Source: Naegleria gruberi (lineage: Eukaryota). From it: a DNA stretch of 64,000 nucleotides. The stretch is from assembly GCA_000004985.1 (NCBI GenBank), contig GG738851.1; one strand, written 5' to 3'. A model generated the notes under the pieces. It was not told the DNA's origin. It did no database searches and saw nothing but the letters and a program-made list of their open reading frames with translations. Of the stretch, positions 59,097-64,000 are shown in pieces; the stretch's first letter is position 1, and each line of letters begins with the position of its first letter. The translations under genes and the position numbers were made by a program.

Positions 59097-62000
59097 NNNN
59101 NNNNNNNNNNNNNNNNNNNNNNNNNNNNNNNNNNNNNNNNNNNNNNNNNNNNNNNNNNNNNNNNNNNNNNNNNNNNNNNNNNNNNNNNNNNNNNNNNNNN
59201 NNNNNNNNNNNNNNNNNNNNNNNNNNNNNNNNNNNNNNNNNNNNNNNNNNNNNNNNNNNNNNNNNNNNNNNNNNNNNNNNNNNNNNNNNNNNNNNNNNNN
59301 NNNNNNNNNNNNNNNNNNNNNNNNNNNNNNNNNNNNNNNNNNNNNNNNNNNNNNNNNNNNNNNNNNNNNNNNNNNNNNNNNNNNNNNNNNNNNNNNNNNN
59401 NNNNNNNNNNNNNNNNNNNNNNNNNNNNNNNNNNNNNNNNNNNNNNNNNNNNNNNNNNNNNNNNNNNNNNNNNNNNNNNNNNNNNNNNNNNNNNNNNNNN
59501 NNNNNNNNNNNNNNNNNNNNNNNNNNNNNNNNNNNNNNNNNNNNNNNNNNNNNNNNNNNNNNNNNNNNNNNNNNNNNNNNNNNNNNNNNNNNNNNNNNNN
59601 NNNNNNNNNNNNNNNNNNNNNNNNNNNNNNNNNNNNNNNNNNNNNNNNNNNNNNNNNNNNNNNNNNNNNNNNNNNNNNNNNNNNNNNNNNNNNNNNNNNN
59701 NNNNNNNNNNNNNNNNNNNNNNNNNNNNNNNNNNNNNNNNNNNNNNNNNNNNNNNNNNNNNNNNNNNNNNNNNNNNNNNNNNNNNNNNNNNNNNNNNNNN
59801 NNNNNNNNNNNNNNNNNNNNNNNNNNNNNNNNNNNNNNNNNNNNNNNNNNNNNNNNNNNNNNNNNNNNNNNNNNNNNNNNNNNNNNNNNNNNNNNNNNNN
59901 NNNNNNNNNNNNNNNNNNNNNNNNNNNNNNNNNNNNNNNNNNNNNNNNNNNNNNNNNNNNNNNNNNNNNNNNNNNNNNNNNNNNNNNNNNNNNNNNNNNN
60001 NNNNNNNNNNNNNNNNNNNNNNNNNNNNNNNNNNNNNNNNNNNNNNNNNNNNNNNNNNNNNNNNNNNNNNNNNNNNNNNNNNNNNNNNNNNNNNNNNNNN
60101 NNNNNNNNNNNNNNNNNNNNNNNNNNNNNNNNNNNNNNNNNNNNNNNNNNNNNNNNNNNNNNNNNNNNNNNNNNNNNNNNNNNNNNNNNNNNNNNNNNNN
60201 NNNNNNNNNNNNNNNNNNNNNNNNNNNNNNNNNNNNNNNNNNNNNNNNNNNNNNNNNNNNNNNNNNNNNNNNNNNNNNNNNNNNNNNNNNNNNNNNNNNN
60301 NNNNNNNNNNNNNNNNNNNNNNNNNNNNNNNNNNNNNNNNNNNNNNNNNNNNNNNNNNNNNNNNNNNNNNNNNNNNNNNNNNNNNNNNNNNNNNNNNNNN
60401 NNNNNNNNNNNNNNNNNNNNNNNNNNNNNNNNNNNNNNNNNNNNNNNNNNNNNNNNNNNNNNNNNNNNNNNNNNNNNNNNNNNNNNNNNNNNNNNNNNNN
60501 NNNNNNNNNNNNNNNNNNNNNNNNNNNNNNNNNNNNNNNNNNNNNNNNNNNNNNNNNNNNNNNNNNNNNNNNNNNNNNNNNNNNNNNNNNNNNNNNNNNN
60601 NNNNNNNNNNNNNNNNNNNNNNNNNNNNNNNNNNNNNNNNNNNNNNNNNNNNNNNNNNNNNNNNNNNNNNNNNNNNNNNNNNNNNNNNNNNNNNNNNNNN
60701 NNNNNNNNNNNNNNNNNNNNNNNNNNNNNNNNNNNNNNNNNNNNNNNNNNNNNNNNNNNNNNNNNNNNNNNNNNNNNNNNNNNNNNNNNNNNNNNNNNNN
60801 NNNNNNNNNNNNNNNNNNNNNNNNNNNNNNNNNNNNNNNNNNNNNNNNNNNNNNNNNNNNNNNNNNNNNNNNNNNNNNNNNNNNNNNNNNNNNNNNNNNN
60901 NNNNNNNNNNNNNNNNNNNNNNNNNNNNNNNNNNNNNNNNNNNNNNNNNNNNNNNNNNNNNNNNNNNNNNNNNNNNNNNNNNNNNNNNNNNNNNNNNNNN
61001 NNNNNNNNNNNNNNNNNNNNNNNNNNNNNNNNNNNNNNNNNNNNNNNNNNNNNNNNNNNNNNNNNNNNNNNNNNNNNNNNNNNNNNNNNNNNNNNNNNNN
61101 NNNNNNNNNNNNNNNNNNNNNNNNNNNNNNNNNNNNNNNNNNNNNNNNNNNNNNNNNNNNNNNNNNNNNNNNNNNNNNNNNNNNNNNNNNNNNNNNNNNN
61201 NNNNNNNNNNNNNNNNNNNNNNNNNNNNNNNNNNNNNNNNNNNNNNNNNNNNNNNNNNNNNNNNNNNNNNNNNNNNNNNNNNNNNNNNNNNNNNNNNNNN
61301 NNNNNNNNNNNNNNNNNNNNNNNNNNNNNNNNNNNNNNNNNNNNNNNNNNNNNNNNNNNNNNNNNNNNNNNNNNNNNNNNNNNNNNNNNNNNNNNNNNNN
61401 NNNNNNNNNNNNNNNNNNNNNNNNNNNNNNNNNNNNNNNNNNNNNNNNNNNNNNNNNNNNNNNNNNNNNNNNNNNNNNNNNNNNNNNNNNNNNNNNNNNN
61501 NNNNNNNNNNNNNNNNNNNNNNNNNNNNNNNNNNNNNNNNNNNNNNNNNNNNNNNNNNNNNNNNNNNNNNNNNNNNNNNNNNNNNNNNNNNNNNNNNNNN
61601 NNNNNNNNNNNNNNNNNNNNNNNNNNNNNNNNNNNNNNNNNNNNNNNNNNNNNNNNNNNNNNNNNNNNNNNNNNNNNNNNNNNNNNNNNNNNNNNNNNNN
61701 NNNNNNNNNNNNNNNNNNNNNNNNNNNNNNNNNNNNNNNNNNNNNNNNNNNNNNNNNNNNNNNNNNNNNNNNNNNNNNNNNNNNNNNNNNNNNNNNNNNN
61801 NNNNNNNNNNNNNNNNNNNNNNNNNNNNNNNNNNNNNNNNNNNNNNNNNNNNNNNNNNNNNNNNNNNNNNNNNNNNNNNNNNNNNNNNNNNNNNNNNNNN
61901 NNNNNNNNNNNNNNNNNNNNNNNNNNNNNNNNNNNNNNNNNNNNNNNNNNNNNNNNNNNNNNNNNNNNNNNNNNNNNNNNNNNNNNNNNNNNNNNNNNNN

Positions 62001-62302
62001 NNNNNNNNNNNNNNNNNNNNNNNNNNNNNNNNNNNNNNNNNNNNNNNNNNNNNNNNNNNNNNNNNNNNNNNNNNNNNNNNNNNNNNNNNNNNNNNNNNNN
62101 NNNNNNNNNNNNNNNNNNNNNNNNNNNNNNNNNNNNNNNNNNNNNNNNNNNNNNNNNNNNNNNNNNNNNNNNNNNNNNNNNNNNNNNNNNNNNNNNNNNN
62201 NNNNNNNNNNNNNNNNNNNNNNNNNNNNNNNNNNNNNNNNNNNNNNNNNNNNNNNNNNNNNNNNNNNNNNNNNNNNNNNNNNNNNNNNNNNNNNNNNNNN
62301 NN
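59097..62302. other. Assembly gap (run of N)
   Basis: A continuous run of n. Confidence 0.95.
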
Positions 62303-62815
62303 TCATGTTGGTAAAGTTTCAATAGGTGGTCCTTTTTCAAGATTTCATCCTTTTCATCAAAGTGACCATGTGTGATTGAGGGAAGAAATCTCTAAATATG
62401 AAAGTTAAAATAAATTTGATATTCGATGCTTACTCATCAAATGGAACATTTTCATATTAGGATTCAATATGTTTTGATGAGAAACTCAAAAGTTATAGTT
62501 GACCTCTTTTACCTCACAACTTCCCTTTTCACTTGATACTTTTATACCTACAGACATGAAGTTTAGAAATTTCATATGAGAGTGATTATGAATGTTGTTA
62601 GTGAAGATATATACTATATAATCTCATTAAAGGATTTTGAAATTATCATTCTTCCTATGGTATCATTTTACAAATTTTAATCTGATATTATTTACAAAGT
62701 TAATATTTTATAAATTGAAAAACTAAATATACTACGTTGTTCTACTCATCATTTCCTATCGAATGATATAAAATTTAATGATATTTGAATAAGTTTATAA
62801 TTTTGGGCTAGGGTT

Positions 62816-63118
62816 TGAAGGTTGGGTTTGGGTTGGGTTTGGGTTTGGGTTGGGTTTGGGTTTGTGGTTGGGTTTGGGTTTGGGTTTGGGTTTGGTTTGG
62901 GTTTGGGTTTGGGTTTGGGTTTGGGTTTGGGTTTGGGTTTGGGTTTGGGTTTGGGTTTGGGTTTGGGTTTGGGTTTGGGTTTGGGTTTGGGTTTGGGTTT
63001 GGGTTTGGGTTTGGGTTTGGGTTTGGGTTTGGGTTTGGGTTTGGGTTTGGGTTTGGGTTTGGGTTTGGGTTTGGGTTTGGGTTTGGGTTTGGGTTTGGGT
63101 TTGGGTTTGGGTTTGGGT
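62816..63118. repeat. Interstitial telomere-like array (GGGTTT)n with degenerate 5' units, abutting a small N gap
   Basis: About 45 perfect gggttt units follow variants such as ggttgggttt and gtggttgggttt. The array runs into the n run at 63119-63168. Confidence 0.85.
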
Positions 63119-63199
63119 NNNNNNNNNNNNNNNNNNNNNNNNNNNNNNNNNNNNNNNNNNNNNNNNNNCTGACATGGTTGAATGACATGAATATTGAAT

Positions 63200-63367
63200 G
63201 ATGTCCAAATGATTTGAAATTGATAGAAACCTCATTATATGATGTTAATAACATATTGTATCAATTTGGTAATGAATCTCATTGTCCTTAGGGTACATCC
63301 CTATTGAGGTACCTTAATTGACTATCTCAATATTTAATATGAGATATGATATTTATTTCAATTCTAT
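63200..63367. repeat. Subtelomere-associated repeat, copy B
   Basis: It is homologous to 58631-58800. Confidence 0.6.
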
Positions 63368-63800
63368 CATGTTATACAAGTAATTTGAAGCATTTTGATA
63401 TAAGTATTGATAGTTAAATATGATTTAATAGATATCATATATAGCATCTCTTAGTTTTTCAAAATTGACTTTGAGATTCCCTAATTGACCATATATATAT
63501 GACCAATTGATGAAACTAATATCAATCGACTAGATTTTTAATTGTGAACACAATGGTATCAATAGTTATATGATTCATGATAGTTTAAAATTGACTTGGT
63601 CGCGTAGTACTTTTTCAGCAAATTTTTCAAAAAAAACAGCAAAGGATGGTCTGTTTCAGCAAGCCATGTGCTTATCATTTTTACTGAATCCGCGCATACT
63701 TAATCAGCAAATAAACAGTAAATTGGCAAAATTTTACTGAATAAGCCACGAAATTGTTCCCATTTAGCAAGTGAAGAAAGTAAAAAAAATACCTCTGGTG

Positions 63801-64000
63801 GTTTGGGTTTGGGTTTGGGTTTGGGTTTGGGTTTGGGTTTGGGTTTGGGTTTGGGTTTGGGTTTGGGTTTGGGTTTGGGTTTGGGTTTGGGTTTGGGTTT
63901 GGGTTTGGGTTTGGGTTTGGGTTTGGGTTTGGGTTTGGGTTTGGGTTTGGGTTTGGGTTTGGGTTTGGGTTTGGGTTTGGGTTTGGGTTTGGGTTTGGGT
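63801..64000. repeat. Terminal telomere-like array (GGGTTT)n running to the window end
   Basis: Perfect gggttt hexamers run from 63801 to the last base. The G-rich strand reads 5' to 3' toward the end, as expected for a chromosome terminus. Confidence 0.85.

Noticed and set aside
62795-63254. ORFs encoding poly(GF), poly(GL), poly(VW), poly(TQ) or poly(PN) peptides
   Set aside because: They are translations of the (GGGTTT)n array in all six frames, not genes.
1-64000. Several ORF-track entries begin with M where the genome has ttg, gtg or ggg (for example 22894, 24427, 25337, 38491 and 46865)
   Set aside because: The track prints M for the first codon whatever it is. These are internal exon fragments, not true initiation sites. 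I extended them through splice junctions instead.

Overview
This window is eukaryotic nuclear DNA read under the standard genetic code. It is AT-rich, with N/Q/S/T-rich low-complexity coding tracts, and carries many short spliceosomal introns of about 40-190 bp. Introns have GTAAGT or GTATGT-type donors and AG acceptors, and I traced them by hand from frame changes between adjacent ORF-track entries.

Gene content:
- hybrid histidine kinase
- membrane PAS-domain class III nucleotidyl cyclase
- DUF4116-like repeat protein
- F-box/LRR proteins
- two protein kinases
- cytochrome P450
- class I aminotransferase
- D-2-hydroxyacid dehydrogenase
- BCS1-like AAA ATPase
- double-SET protein
- C2-domain protein
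- two tRNA genes

Together with the AT-rich style, this content resembles an amoebozoan (dictyostelid-like) genome. That taxonomic guess is inference only.

The window has about 26 protein-coding genes on both strands. It has two large N gaps (32227-34712 and 59097-62302) and one small one (63119-63168). Its right end looks like a chromosome end: (GGGTTT)n arrays at 62816-63118 and 63801-64000, with the G-rich strand running 5' to 3' toward the terminus. A roughly 170 bp subtelomeric repeat is present in two copies (58631-58800 and 63200-63367).

No prokaryote-style defence island or operon structure is present.

The most unusual gene models:
- a roughly 1750-aa polytopic PAS-cyclase
- an F-box + atypical Rho GTPase fusion
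- a Lys/Cys-rich repetitive secreted protein
- a tandem double-SET protein
- a large protein with only an Hsp70-like C-terminal segment
- a head-to-head pair of tetraspan paralogues that share an intron position

All domain calls come from motif recognition by eye. None were database-verified.
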